A stretch of DNA of 64,000 nucleotides from Utricularia gibba (lineage: Eukaryota; Plantae; Magnoliophyta), in NCBI GenBank assembly GCA_002189035.1, contig NEEC01000009.1, positions 558,001 through 622,000 of the forward strand. Reading direction: 5' to 3'. Below, piece after piece: positions 30,324 through 43,642 of the stretch (the first letter of the stretch is position 1; every line of letters begins with the position of its first letter). The notes below the pieces were generated by a model. That model saw only the letters and a program-made list of their open reading frames with translations, had not been told where the DNA came from and did not search any database. The position numbers and the translations under genes were made by a program.

Positions 30324-31199
30324 TATATCCCTTCCCTTCTCCCCGCCTCGCCCCTGTACACGCACCCGGTTCTGCAACTGTACAGCAAGGAATCTGTCTC
30401 TGGTTTGACACCAGAGCCGGATACCACATCCTCCCTGTGAATACGTATTATACGTTTACTTTGATCTGCTTCCATCCCCATTTTGATGTAAATAGTAATA
30501 TTTTATAAAAATAAAAAAGGATGGTATAAAATTTAATCGAAAATTCGAATTTTACCTGATTTAATCTGATTTCTTGATATTTTGAATTCGAATTGATATT
30601 CTTGATATTTTTCATCATATTTTTTTTATAATAGATTGAACTCAATTTAATTAATTATAAAAAAATTTTAATCCAAAATTGTAAATAAACTGAAAAGTAA
30701 GTTAAACGCAATTTTAGACATAAAACCTCCGTTGCAATACAAAAAATTCGTAAATTCGTGGTTAGGGTGGTTATATTGAACCAAACACTTATCTTTATAC
30801 TCATTTATTTAATTTATCGAATGAAAAATGTATTAATATTAATTATAACAAAATTAGTTGGGACCTACCATTGCACAATATCTAACGGGCTACCCGATCT
30901 TAATAAATGGGCCTTATATTGGGCCCAACAACTACGTGGTTTGAAGGGCCCACCCCAAAACATTAAAACAGAGAGAGAGAGAGAGAACTGGCAGCTGGTT
31001 TATGCATAGCGCCCGAGTCTGTGCTGCGAGGGAGCGCAGGGCCTAGGAATCATCAAGACTACATTTTTCTCGGCCACGAGGGTCCGCCAAGCCACGCTTG
31101 CCACCTACCTGGTTATTATTCGACGTGGGTATTTGTCAATGCCGTTCTCTTTATAGTGTAGTGGAATATTTGGGAATCTCCGAGTTCGTTGCCTCGTAA

Positions 31200-34100
31200 A
31201 TGGAGGCGCTTGCACCAGCGATCAAAGGGGTGGGCATTCTCCCGCTTCCGCTTCCTCACTCCCGTCGCTCTCTGCTTCCATTTCGATCTTTCCGGGATAC
31301 CAAACGGAAAGACACCGGGGCTGCTGCCGCCATCGTGATGAAAGTGGGAGCGGGTGTTGATTTTAGTGATCTCGATTGGAAGGCGAAGTATAAGCATGAG
31401 TTTGAGACACGTTTTCGCATTCCGCATATCTCGGACGTGCTTCCCGACGCCGCGTCGTACCCGTCTACCTTCTGTCTGAAAATGAGGTGTTTTTATTTGG
31501 ACTCGGAATTTAGAGTTAGAGAATGGGTTACGTTGTTGAGCTAATGCGTTGAATGTATTTCATTTTGACGATCACCATTGGATGAGCATTTGCTTCGGTT
31601 TTTTTTAAAAAGCTTCTTTTTTGTCCATTCTGTGTTCCCTGTTCCATATGTTTGACTTGAGTTGAGTGTTGGAAGACATCGCTTTCTTGATTCTTACGAG
31701 TGAAAAAACTGCGTGTTTTAGTCGAGCAAGTTAGCAACTTTGTGAGTCTTTGGATCAGTGGGAAAGGAATGTTTTTTTAATTAAAGATTCTTTGACAGGA
31801 CACCTGTAATTCCTGAATTTGAAAGGGGTTATCCGTCAGATGAGGAGTGGCATGGATACATCAACGATAATGACAGAGTCCTGCTAAAGGTTTGATCATG
31901 TTTTGGTAATTAGTGCCTTATGGAACTACCGTTGCTGCTATTAATATTGCATTCTACTTTTAAACTTGGTATGGTCACTTTTTAAACTGAAGTATCTGTT
32001 GGCCCTTTCTTTCAGGTGATAGATTATTCATCTACCGCATCTGCAGGTGCGGAGTGTATAGATCCAGATTGTACATGGGTTGAACAATGGTAACGTTTTC
32101 GACATTTACTAATTCTCATTGTCGAGAAATGCACGCACACTTTGCTGAGACCATGCCTATTTTTTCTGAGACAACTTGGTGGATGATGAGTCTAATAACA
32201 TGCAAATCATTTGATGTGTTGCGATGATATAGAAGATTTTTTTCATGGCTTATATACTCAAGAGTCGGTTCATGTAGAAAATTTCTTGAATTCTTCAGGG
32301 TTCATCGTGCTGGACCCCGAGAGAAAATATTCTTCAAACCCGAGGAAGTTAAAGCAGCTATTGTGACTTGTGGTGGCCTTTGTCCGGGTCTGAATGATGT
32401 CATACGGCAGGTAAGAGTAATATTGATAAAAAGAAGAACATGTCATGATCATGCATCAAGCCTTAGAAAGCAAAAGAACGTATTTTTTTATAGTTCTCTG
32501 AAATTCTTATTTGACATTGATCTTTAAGTTGCTCTTCGCTACTGCAGATAGTCATTACCCTTGAAATCTATGGTGTGGAAAAGATTGTTGGCATTCCTTT
32601 TGGTTATCGGGGGTTTTCCGACAGCAATTTATCTGAGATGCCTGTAAGCATATTGATTCCCAAGAGTTTTCTGAAGTACTCCTCCAACTGACAAATAACT
32701 TATTTTCAGCTATCAAGGAAGGTTGTTCAGAATATCCATCTTTCTGGTGGAAGCTTGCTTGGAGTCTCTCGAGGAGGACAATCAGTCAGTGAGATAGTGG
32801 ACAGCTTGACAGTATGTGCCTAAATTTGTTCCATTTTGGTCCGCACCCTGATTCTTAGCACGCTTGAGATTGCTATGTGCTGTTTTTCCACTTACATAAG
32901 GAATTTTTCAGGAAAGGGGGATCAATATGCTCTTTATTCTTGGGGGAAATGGCACTCATGCTGGTGCCAATGCCATTCATGAGGAGGTACTGGGATTAAC
33001 TTTCATGTTCAATTTACTATTGGTTTCAAATGTGATTTGAATTACATCCACCATGTGGGAAGGATGGAAAAAAAAACTTGATTCTTCTTTTCGTCATGAA
33101 TCAGATATGGTTTGGAATGATTTATAATTTTTGTTTTGTTACTTGTTAGTGCCGTAAAAGAAGAATGAAGGTTTCAGTGGTCGGCGTGCCGAAAACAATA
33201 GACAATGACATTATGCTAATGGACAAAACATTTGGTTTTGATACTGCTGTTGAAGAGGCACAAAGAGCTATCAACTCTGCGTACATTGAGGTTAGTTCAA
33301 TCCATTTTTTTCTTCTTATAGGATTGTCTCCAGGATCATTCTGTCTAGCTGTTAGTTCAGTTTTTTTTTTTTTCAAACTCCATATGTTTGTGATATGATA
33401 GGCTCACAGTGCTTACCGTGGCATTGGAATTGTGAAACTGATGGGTCGCAGCAGTGGCTTTATAGCTATGCATGCATCCCTCGCCAGCGGCCAGATTGAC
33501 ATATGTCTTATTCCAGAGGTACTACATTTGTAGGGAAACTCGCAGTTAAATTTGGTTATTTTCTCCATGCACTACGTGACAGTGTGCTTGTTTGTAGGTT
33601 CCATTTAATCTCCATGGGCCTCATGGGTCTTAAATCACTTGAAGTACCTCCTTGAAAGAAAGGGATCAGCCGTTGTTTGTGTTGCTGAAGGAGCTGGGCA
33701 GGTGACATCATAATCCAAACTTTTCGAACATTGCAATGAGCTCCTAAACTGATCTTGATGATTCACAGAATCTTCTTGAAAAAACTAATGCCAAAGATGC
33801 ATCCGGAAATGTTGTTCTAGGGGATGTTGGTGTTCATATACTAAAGGAGGTATGTTGCTGCACCTGTTTTTCATATTTCCAATTGAAGAATAAACTTGTA
33901 CCCTGAGCATAGTAATGCTTTTGAGCTTCCAGACTAAGAAGTACTTCAAAGATACCGGATCTCCAGCAGATGTAAAATACATCGATCCCACTTACATGAT
34001 TCGTGCATGCCGTGCCAATGCATCAGATGGAATACTTTGCACCGTTCTCGGCCAAAATGCGGTAAGCCAATCTTCTTCATTTGCTGACATTACAACTACA

Positions 34101-34317
34101 TTTGGAGGTTCTTGTAGGAGGCCCCCTGATCCACATTCCATGTTAACAGGTTCATGGTGCATTTGCTGGATACAGCGGAATCACAGTTGGAATATGCAAT
34201 ACTCACTATGTTTATTTCCCTATCCCAGAAGTCATCGCGCAGCCGCGAGTGGTTGATCCCAACAGCCGGATGTGGCACCGTTGCTTAACATCAACAGGGC
34301 AGCCAGACTTCATCTGA
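31200..34317 (+). CDS. PFK5: ATP-dependent 6-phosphofructokinase 5, plastidial
   Basis: Transit-like N-terminus, [72 protein letters not shown]. One -1 frameshift in the G3 run at 33625-33627. Confidence 0.95.
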
Positions 34318-35705
34318 TCCACCAGGATTTAAGTTAGTAATGCTTCTCCTGAAGCGTACCACAGCACTTGTGTTATAATATAGGCCAGAGGAGATGGTGT
34401 CCCTTTTCTTAAGCCAACAACATCTGCCTGGATCATTGGAAGTGTATAGCATTCTTGATCAGCAGTGATAGCAAAGCTTACTTTCAGGATCCTTCAGAAT
34501 CTATTCTTGCAACTCCCATGTGAGAAAAACCCATTCATGAGACTCATGTGTAGTAGTAGTAGTACATTTCCAATAAATGAATGCAAAGCTGTCATCTGTT
34601 TTCCACGTTGTTTCACCTAAAATTACCATGGGCCTTCTTGTTTCAGTGCAGGGGAAACTTACATGACAGGTTTCAAGGAAGACATATGTCGTTACTGTTT
34701 TACCAGGAGATAGTAAATATTTGACCCCAAGCGACTGTGGAGAACTATCTACAGCCCAATTTTCCTTTTGAGCAGCAGTAATGAAACTCAGAAACAAGCA
34801 AAAAAAACTGACTATTACACCTGTGAGGAATCCAATCAGGGATTTCTTTTTGGAGTGAAATAAATGGAATGGATCGACTGTGTGGGTAAGACAAACGTGG
34901 ACTTGGGTCCCAAATGGATTCCCAATCTTAGTAGACAATGCACATACGTTCAATATTTATATAGTAGATTTGAATGAGTCCGGACAACGTAGTGACACAT
35001 GCACATTATTACTATATGGAGTTCTCAGACCAAAACCTGGAAGCGAATGAGGTGAATTCTTGTAATTGAAAAGACATGGCGAATTCAACTTTCACAAAAC
35101 TGTTAGCCCGTGAATATACACCTCTTTTATGACAAACTGCCAATGCAGCAGCAGGCATTAGCTGGTTCCCAGAACCAACATTCAATTCCTCTCTGCAAAC
35201 TCACCTGACCTTATGCCTTCATGACCCATCTCTTAAATTGCTGTGAACACAAATATTTTAACCTCCCCTTGCTTTGTTTATGCTTTTTTATTACACTTGA
35301 CATCAAACTCGCTTCATAACCGCAGTATATGAAACATGTGGTCCTGTGGATGTATTGACAGAGAACTCCTGAAAATATTACGTTTTTTCATGAATCTTTT
35401 TGTTACTGACTTCAAATTACTGAGTAGACTTTCAGTACAAATGTTACCACATTCTTCTGATCATGCTGCTCGAAAACTTCTGGTATGTAAGATATGAGAA
35501 CGTTCGTGTGTTAAATTCAGAACAGGCGCCCATGGAATGACCCTGTCATGTGATATGTATCATGCTGCAATCTGCATGAAGGAGAGGGAACTCTTTCATT
35601 TCTCAACTTCTCGTTATTCATTCTTACATGAACTGGTTTCAGTTTATTTTAGAATACCGGTCTCATTAAGCTAAGCTTGGTGTTTATCCACCATTAACTT
35701 CGGTT

Positions 35706-37112
35706 TCACTCCAATCTCCTTCTCTTGGACTCCTGGCTACTGCTACTCGGCCGAGAATCCAAGCTGCTGCTCTCATCACTTTCATACATCAAGGATGTTG
35801 ATTCCAACACCGTCTTTGGACTCCTCAAATCCCTCGGCTCGTTGTCCTCGTCGGAGTAAGCCAACTGATCTGATATCAGACCTCTCATTCCCTTGGTTGA
35901 CACCATATCTTGGATGAGCTCAACGCACTTCTTCACTCTAATCTGCAAGGAAAAACATGGAGAGTTCAAATGGTAATGATAATACAAGGAAACGGCCTTG
36001 AGGGGACCTGCATTACTAATTACCATGTCTAGTAGTATTCCTGTGGTGGCTGAAGTGAACTTGTCAGTTTCAAGTTCTTGTGTTTCCATTGTGGCATACA
36101 AAGCTACAGCTGCAGCTATTTCCGATGGCCTGAATTCGAGGAACTCTAATCCTAAGTAAAAGAAAAACCAAAACCAAGATCAGCGGAGGCAAAAAGATGT
36201 AATTTTTCTGTCAACATCTCCCATTCTTTTGCCAACCTTCAACCGTGTTAGAGACGATTTGGAGTGATCTCCGGACGGCAGCCATACATGGAGCTTCACC
36301 GCCCTTTGCATTCCGAAGGAAGTAGCCGATGAAATCGAAGGGGGTCAGTGCTTTGATCCTCCATTTAAGTGTACTCATGATCAGTGTCTCCATTCTTTGG
36401 ATGGTTTTTGCGGCAAACAAGAATTTGGGCTGCCCCATCTAACAATGACAGGTTTGATCAATCCTATGAGATGTTCATCGGTCATCACTACTCTACTCTG
36501 AAAAAAAAATCAATTCTTTTTCGTAGCGGTTCCCACCTGTAAATCGACAAGATGGGGAATGGTAACCTCCTCTAGCTTTGCTGCTAGGGACAAGGAGGCC
36601 ACGGCTGTCAACTGGAACAGCCACTTTTTACTGAGTTCCTGTTGAACAGGGATTAAACCCACGTAAGGCATAGATGAACGGACTAGCAAGAAAAATCAAT
36701 AGGAAAACTCCACTTACAGGGGACTCGAGCATTGAAATGAAGCGATCAAAGGTGCGTACTGCCAAATACAAGCATGGATCTCCAAATCTGTAGCGACAAC
36801 AAACCTGCCAAGTTCATCAAAAGCCTTCAGTTCCTTAAACAAATCAGTGAACAAAACTGTTCTAAGGATTGACCTTAAACATCCATTCTAGAGCGTTTCT
36901 CCTCATTCTCTCATCCAACTCCGCCTCCCCGAATCTCGTAACATAATCATTTCTGGGCAAATGCTCCTTTTCCCTCTCGATCATCCAACCCACGGATTCT
37001 TCCCCAAACCCATCACTGAATCCGCTTCCCATTCACCCTCGTCGACAAAGTGCAACCCTTCATCGCAGAGGAGTCCTGCTTCCAGAGAAACGAAACCGGT
37101 TTCCTCGGCCAT
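35706..37112 (-). CDS. CYCD: D-type cyclin (CYCD2/4-like)
   Basis: LxCxE motif (LLCDE), EREKEHLPRNDY, cyclin box (YLAVRTFDRF; QLTAVASLSLAAKLEE; KTIQRMETLIMSTLKWR), C-terminal SKRRRLE*. One -1 frameshift in the C4 run at 37002-37005. Confidence 0.92.
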
Positions 37113-37128
37113 TGGAAGCAAGCCTTTT

Positions 37129-37161
37129 TCACGAAAAAGACACAAAACCCAGTAGCAGCAT
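37129..37161 (-). other. Candidate 10-codon upstream ORF (MLLLGFVSFS*) in the CYCD leader
   Basis: ATG at 37161 and TGA at 37131-37129, ending 16 nt before the cyclin ATG. Transcription start unknown. Confidence 0.4.
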
Positions 37162-39068
37162 TGCGCTCCTCCTGCAAAGCCCAGTGACAGGAAAGGAGGC
37201 TGTGGGCTGTGAGGGAAGAAAGTGCTGAAATCCTCAGATTTATAGACAGTGAAGCCAAGGGGCGCTGAAGAGCGTGTTGTCTGTGAAAGAGGATCAGGGG
37301 AACAGATTTTGTGTTGTAGCTCTGTATCGCATTTGACCGACCGGTGAATATGCAAGAAATGGAAGGAAACAGACAATTTTCCAGTGGTCGTAAACAAGGC
37401 AACCCAATTTGCATGTAAATCCTGCTTCCTCCAAAAATTAATTACCTTCTCATTAACCCTCCCATCAATGTTAATTAATAATATATTTAAATTATTTACA
37501 TTAAAATTAAAAATATAATTGAGACATACATTTTATAAATATATATTTAAAATAAAGATAAAACTTCAATTAAGTAAATAATTTTCAAATATAAAATTAA
37601 AGAAATAATGTAATTATTTTACAAATCATGTATATATTAGAAAATAATCCATTATTTAATCAATGACATAAAGATTAAAGAAATGTAATAATTTATAAAT
37701 TTAATCAGAGAATCTAAATTTATGATTTTAAATTTAATAATATTTTAAACTTATAATACATAAATTTTATGAATAGATATTTAAAATACAAAAATAAAGA
37801 CGAAAAATTAATGTAAATGATTAGTTTTTAAAAATAAAATTGGAGAAAATGATATAATTATTTTACAAATTATATATATATATATATATATTGGAAAAAA
37901 TATATATCAAATAAATATAATTCTCTATATGTTTGTTTGAGGATATAAACATAATTTTTCCAAAAATTCCTATAATCTTCTCATTAACCCAATTAATTTA
38001 AATCAAATTGATGATATACTTGAATTATTTATAGTTAAATAAATAAATATTATGTGATTAAAATTTAAAGTACATGTTTGATGCATGCATTTTACAAATG
38101 TGGTATTCAAATTATGTATTTAAAATACATAAAAAATAGTATAACTTATTTGATTAAAAAAACTTCATGCAAAAAATATTTTTCAAAAATATGAATGGAG
38201 CGATGATGTAATTACTTTAATAATTAAATACATGCTTGCCAAATAAACATAATTCTCATTGCATATATATTTAGAGCCTTAGAAAATTGCTAAATATGTA
38301 GTTAGCATGCATTCCTTCTAAATTAGATTCGGGAAATCAGTTCATATAATATTTTTTATTTATTCTTAAAATATAAAAAAAGATGAAAAAAATAAATTTA
38401 GTATATTCATTACAAATGTATTCATGCAATAAACAATATTTCACCAGCCTTTTAAATGTTATTTTATTTTTCCACGTCCACAATGAAAAAGAAAATACTA
38501 AAATATGCTTGAAATCAAATTTTTGGGTATATTTTGTAATTTAAAGGTGTACTCTAGATTATGTAGAATAAAATTAGTTTTAAAATTATGAAAATAGATT
38601 TAATTTGAAATTCTAAAATTGTTTTATGGATAACATAAAATTATATTATAAAATTTAATAAAATAATTATATATTGTAAAGTTTAATATATTAAATTATT
38701 ATATAATTTAATGATATGATATAAATGTATTTTTAGAATAAATAAAAATAAATAGTATAATTTTTCTAATTAATCTCTTATTTAATTATTGAAATAGAAA
38801 TTAAATTTTTTTAATAATTTCTAAATTAAATTATATAATTTAAATTTATAATTTTATTGAAGATTAAAATCTTTAAAAATTAAATAGAATCACTTCAATA
38901 ACTAAATAAAACAGAACATATCACTGTTTTGTAAAATGGATTGTCTACAAACCACATTTGTGAGTTCGGACACAGGCCGAATTAGTTGAACCAAGTGGAG
39001 ATATTTTCGTGAGTTCGGACACTCGTCTTGTTCAAAAACCTTTGTATTTACATTTTACAGAGTGCTTG

Positions 39069-39150
39069 CATGCAGTTGAACCACGCGCCGCCACGTGCCA
39101 CCGTCGAAACCGCTTCACCTCCTCAACTAAAAACCTCTTGGTCTATAAAT
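39069..39150 (+). promoter_or_regulatory. ABA/seed-type promoter module of the glycine-rich protein gene
   Basis: RY CATGCA 39069-39074, CACGCG coupling-element-like 39082-39087, G-box/ABRE GCCACGTG 39090-39097, TATA CTATAAAT 39143-39150. Confidence 0.6.
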
Positions 39151-39223
39151 TTACACACATTCGTTGCATTCTAACGCATTCTGATTTTTCTGATTGGAAA
39201 ATATTCCTCTCCCGGAGCTGGAG

Positions 39224-39852
39224 ATGAAGGCGAAGATTCTCTTGTTTGTCGTTGGCTTAGCTCTCGTGGCTTCCGCGGTGGCTGCCGTGGAAGCTTCTGG
39301 AAGCGAGAAGAAGAAGGGAGTTGCCCAGGAGGGAAAATCTGGTTTGCTGAGTTTCATTACATTCGGGATTTTTTTTTCTTTTTCTTTTCTGGTTGCATTC
39401 GAAATTTGCGGACTGCAGGAAGTGAGATGAAGCCTGATGGTTACGACGGCGGGAAGGGTGGCTACGATGGCGGGAAGGGTGGAGGTTATGGGAAAGGCGG
39501 AGGCTACGACGGCGGGAAAGGCGGAGGCTACGACGGCGGGAAAGGCGGAGGCTACGACGGCGGGAAAGGCGGTGGTTACGACGGTGGGAAAGGCGGTGGT
39601 TGTGGCGGGAAAGGCCCATGCACTGAGAGCAAAGAAGAGATTAAAGAAGGTGAGAATTGACAGTCGAATTTCGAGGTCACTACTCTGTGTGTACATATAT
39701 ATACCTGAGCACTGAGGATACACGCAGGCAAAGATCATTACGGTGGCGGCGGGTACGGCCATGGCGGTGGCCACGGTCATGGGGGCGGTCACGGCGGCTA
39801 CGGCGGCGGAGGGTATGGGCACGGCGGGAAAGGAGGGGGCCATGGGAAGTGA
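39224..39852 (+). CDS. Secreted glycine-rich protein (class II GRP-like), 3 exons (39224-39341, 39419-39649, 39728-39852)
   Basis: Hydrophobic signal peptide MKAKILLFVVGLALVASAVAA, exon 2 with GGGYDGGK repeats, exon 3 Gly/His/Tyr-rich; both introns phase 1. An alternative frame EPKVGESKN* ends at 39880, so a terminal frameshift is possible. Confidence 0.85.
39445..39600 (+). repeat. Coding minisatellite, ~24-bp unit (GGCGGAGGCTACGACGGCGGGAAA), about 6 imperfect copies
   Basis: Directly visible tandem units encoding GGGYDGGK. Confidence 0.9.
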
Positions 39853-41114
39853 ACCCAAAGTTGGCGAGTCTAAGAACTGATGCAACAAGGCGGCGGTGGT
39901 GGAGAATCCTTGATGATGTATTGAAATAAAAGCGCCGAGAATAATTTCTAAGTTGACTAATCTCATCTTAGCCTATGCTTTTATGTGCCACGTCACCAAA
40001 TTCCCCCCCCCCCCATCAGTCAACTCTACCCCCCAAAAGCCCCTTTAATCATAATAAAATATTATAAAATAATACATATTTTTTATATTAGAAAATCCAA
40101 AAAATATTCTAATTATATATTATAAAATATTTATATATATAACATGTGTGTGTGTGTTTACATTACTTTTGTCCAAATTTTGATAAATAAGTGGGCACTT
40201 TTTTTAAACGTGTGTAAAATTTTTATTTCAAATAATCACAACTCATTTATATGGGTCATCACAAATAAATATTTATTTCATATTTAAATATTTTAAATCA
40301 TATTAATTTTTTACATAGCTACAAATTAGTTTAGTTTGGAATTTAACCAAAATCGATAAAATAATTGTGCATAATAGTTTTGGAACCATAACCAACATTT
40401 GTTGCTCTCATAATACTGGGTCAAAGAAGACAATATAATAGTTAGAATGGTTTATTATATTGCGGATGAATAACATTAATTAGACAGGTTTCTGGAAATA
40501 ATAAATTAATTATTCGCATAAAAATTCATTATTTTAAATGTTTGTATAAAAATATAAGAAATAAAAAGATGTGACTATATGACAATTCTCTACTATATTT
40601 TTATCTAGATTTTGCATTTAACATATACAACATACGTTATTTTTGGTACACACAAAAATCGGGATGGTCATTCTTCAAATAACCCGACAATTCATGCATG
40701 AGAATGATAATTGCACAAGTTTTGGTGATATTGTACCAAAACAACATTACTTGTTTCACCCAATGTATAGACTTGTAATATTACTTAATGGTCCACTAAT
40801 TTCATAATAATATTACTTAATATTCCACTAATGTAGAATCATTTCTGTTAATCCATATTTATGTACATAATTCTCACATTGGGTAACACAAGTGAAGTAC
40901 GAGTATCTTCGATTGATACGTTTATTATTATGATTTTTACAATTTGATTCTTAGGTTGTGTAATTCAAGTGGTTGTTTTAAAAATCTCAATTCAGCCACA
41001 TTATTATAAAGTTGGATTAAATTTGAATCATTTAAAAATAAAAAAATGAATCACATTTCAATCATGTTTCAATTATAATTAAATCAGGATTTAATTATGA
41101 TTTAATGTATAGTT

Positions 41115-42881
41115 TGATGGGATCCAAATCACATTGGGATAACGAGCCACTGAAAAGTAGCCGAAAGGTGCTCTGGTGGACTGGCGTAGGCCGATAAACC
41201 GATATGTGTTAAAGTTTGCCAGCAGCGGCCGTTTTGAACAGTCTGAAAAATAGTCGAATTATGGCAATGCCAAAACAGTCGGCGGCTGATAACATATATT
41301 TTTGAGTGATTAAGTACATGGTAAAGATTCATATTGTGCCATAAAAATTAAGTTTTATTGCCTAGTTTTATATTTTTACGTATAAGTACCGTATTTGTGT
41401 TATTTTAGTCTTATTTGGGTTAAATCTACGATTTAGGGTTTAGCAATATTTGTGTTATTGCCTAAACCCTAATCTACGATTTAACCCCATGATTCTAATA
41501 GTTTTCTTTGAGCAATACAACATAGGTCGCAACACAAATCTCAAGAAGCTGTATATAAATAGTGTAGTGGCATAAGATGAGGTCAAAGTCCGAGAAGGAG
41601 TACAACAAAATCTAAGAAAGGAAAAATTAGGATTTTGGACAAAAAGGAGGACAATATGGAGAAATAAAAATATCTCCCCCATTGAAGACGCACGAAGTTC
41701 TTTCTGGAGAAAGTTTTCTAGGGGAAAAAAGGAGAAAGACGAACCTGGAACGAAGCTTATATTTCAAGACTATTTTATGTTTCCAAATAATATTACTCTT
41801 AGGTAAGAGTAGCTAACAATATGTTCTAGTTTTTTGTTGATATTTTAAATTCTTTACTAGTTTATTTTCTGGTATTCGATTATGAAATTATAATGTGGAT
41901 GATGTTTTTTTTCTATTTTCATTTACCTTAAGTATAAGTGACTAACCATTTAAGGGTGACTTGGGGTGAAAATGAGAGATTTGTACTAGTCAATCTTTAG
42001 ACCTAATCAGCCATAAGTCATGCCATTTCCTTAACAAACCAGGATAGATACAGGAGAAGAGAGTAGTGAAATTCATCTTAACAATCCTAAATAGAGGTAG
42101 ATCAAAAATTAGAGAAAAACAAGAGTTTAGGTAGACCTAAACTTTGTATTAAATGTTTGATTTATGGTTTGTGTAAGCGTGTGTAGTGATAAACATATAT
42201 CTCTTAGGAGTCTCAAGTCATTACCCATTTCATCTCAGAAACAATCGAGTTCCAAAGCTTGTTACTTTTTTTACTGCATTCCATTGTAGTTCTACCTTAG
42301 TCCTAGTTTTAAGATTAAATTTACCAATGTGACATTGATTTCATGCATTGATTTTCATATAACAAACATCATACTCCTTGTATTCGACCCTAATTACTAT
42401 GTTCACAATTGTATTATGTTTGAATGTGTGTTAGGTTATAAATTTAGTTGATAAGAAAAATTACAATATAATGACGTTGTTAATTTTTCGTTTATCAACG
42501 GTTATTTGAAGACAAGACCACAATACGGACAGCAGGCACAGGAAATAACTGACGTCTACAGAACTCAAAATTCGATCAGACTAGTCTCTTCTATAAATAC
42601 AAGGAACCCCGAAGAATTAAGAGCGAGAACTCCAATCCCTTTAATTTGTATCTTTTCCCCATCCCCATCTAGTGAAATCATTTGTCCAATGAGTCACGAC
42701 AGTTTCGTGGTTTTTTCTGTTTTTCGACAGTTTTCACGTTAAAACCCCTTGTATTTTTTCATTTATGTCGACCGCATCACAGCACTCAACTCGTTAAAAT
42801 CTAATTCGAATAGGACGCATTCAGCTGCATCCTTGACCTGAAAATCGGTCTCCACCCCCTTGCCGATTTTCGACCACAAAA
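41115..42881 (+). mobile_element. Older gypsy-like (Tat-type) solo LTR interrupted by a nested LTR
   Basis: Begins TGATGGG at 41115, ends ...ttttcgaccacaaaa at 42881, flanked by a 5-bp direct repeat TAGTT (41110-41114, 42882-42886). CTATAAATAC TATA at ~42592. Lineage assignment is from recalled motifs. Confidence 0.65.
41335..42465 (+). mobile_element. Nested gypsy-like (Athila-type) solo LTR
   Basis: TG...CA ends, ATAT on both flanks, ~32-bp imperfect inverted repeat at 41417-41487, TATA at ~41554, Athila-like 3' end (ctccttgtattcgaccct...gtgttaggttataaattt). Confidence 0.55.
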
Positions 42882-43642
42882 TAGTTCATAATGAAAATAT
42901 TAAAACAAGATTCAATCATGGTTTGGATTATAAAAATCATTAACCACTTGTATAGGTAATTTATAATTTTTTTACAATTTAAAACCCTATTTAAAAGTAA
43001 AATAATATGAAAATAAGAATTATAATTATATAATGACCCATTTTCACTTTACATGATATTATTCGTTTCGAATATTTAATACTCATAATTATTACATTCT
43101 ACTCTTTTGAAAAAAATAACTTTTATAAGGTTATAGAAATTCTGTGTATAAACTGTTACTTTATCTCGTTTTAATTAATTATTTGTTCTAATTCACATGG
43201 TTCCACTTATAACTAACAAAGATTCAAAAAAAAATGAAACAAAATATTAGGATATAATCAAATATTCATCTTGAAATTATCTTATGAGACACATTGATAT
43301 TTTTTTTTAAACACAAAAATTAACTGTCATTTCCTCCATGTGAAACTGCTACGAAATTAACTGTTGAAATCTGCTGCTGTTAATCAATGGATTTTGTATT
43401 TATTAAAATTGATAAATTAATTTTAAATTAAAATTCAAAAAGATGATTTATTGATGAGCCACGCTGGTCCAACATTAACGTCTGTTTCCTTTGATAAGAA
43501 CATCTTCTCTCTCTGGCGGCTCCTACTTATAGAAACCTTTTTCTTTTCCTAAAGGACTCCACTTGGTGCTCTTGTTCCTTTCTGGGTCATTTTCATTTGG
43601 GTTTCCTTTTACCAGTGCTGTAGTTGTTATGTGGAGGTCAGG

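Noticed and set aside
29966-37005. Programmed frameshifting or true pseudogenisation of DEAH-RBR, PFK5 and CYCD
   Set aside because: No slippery heptamer or downstream structure noticed; each lesion is one missing base in a G/C run with no other decay.
39151-39966. 271-aa minus-strand ORF
   Set aside because: Antisense shadow of the GC-rich glycine-repeat gene.
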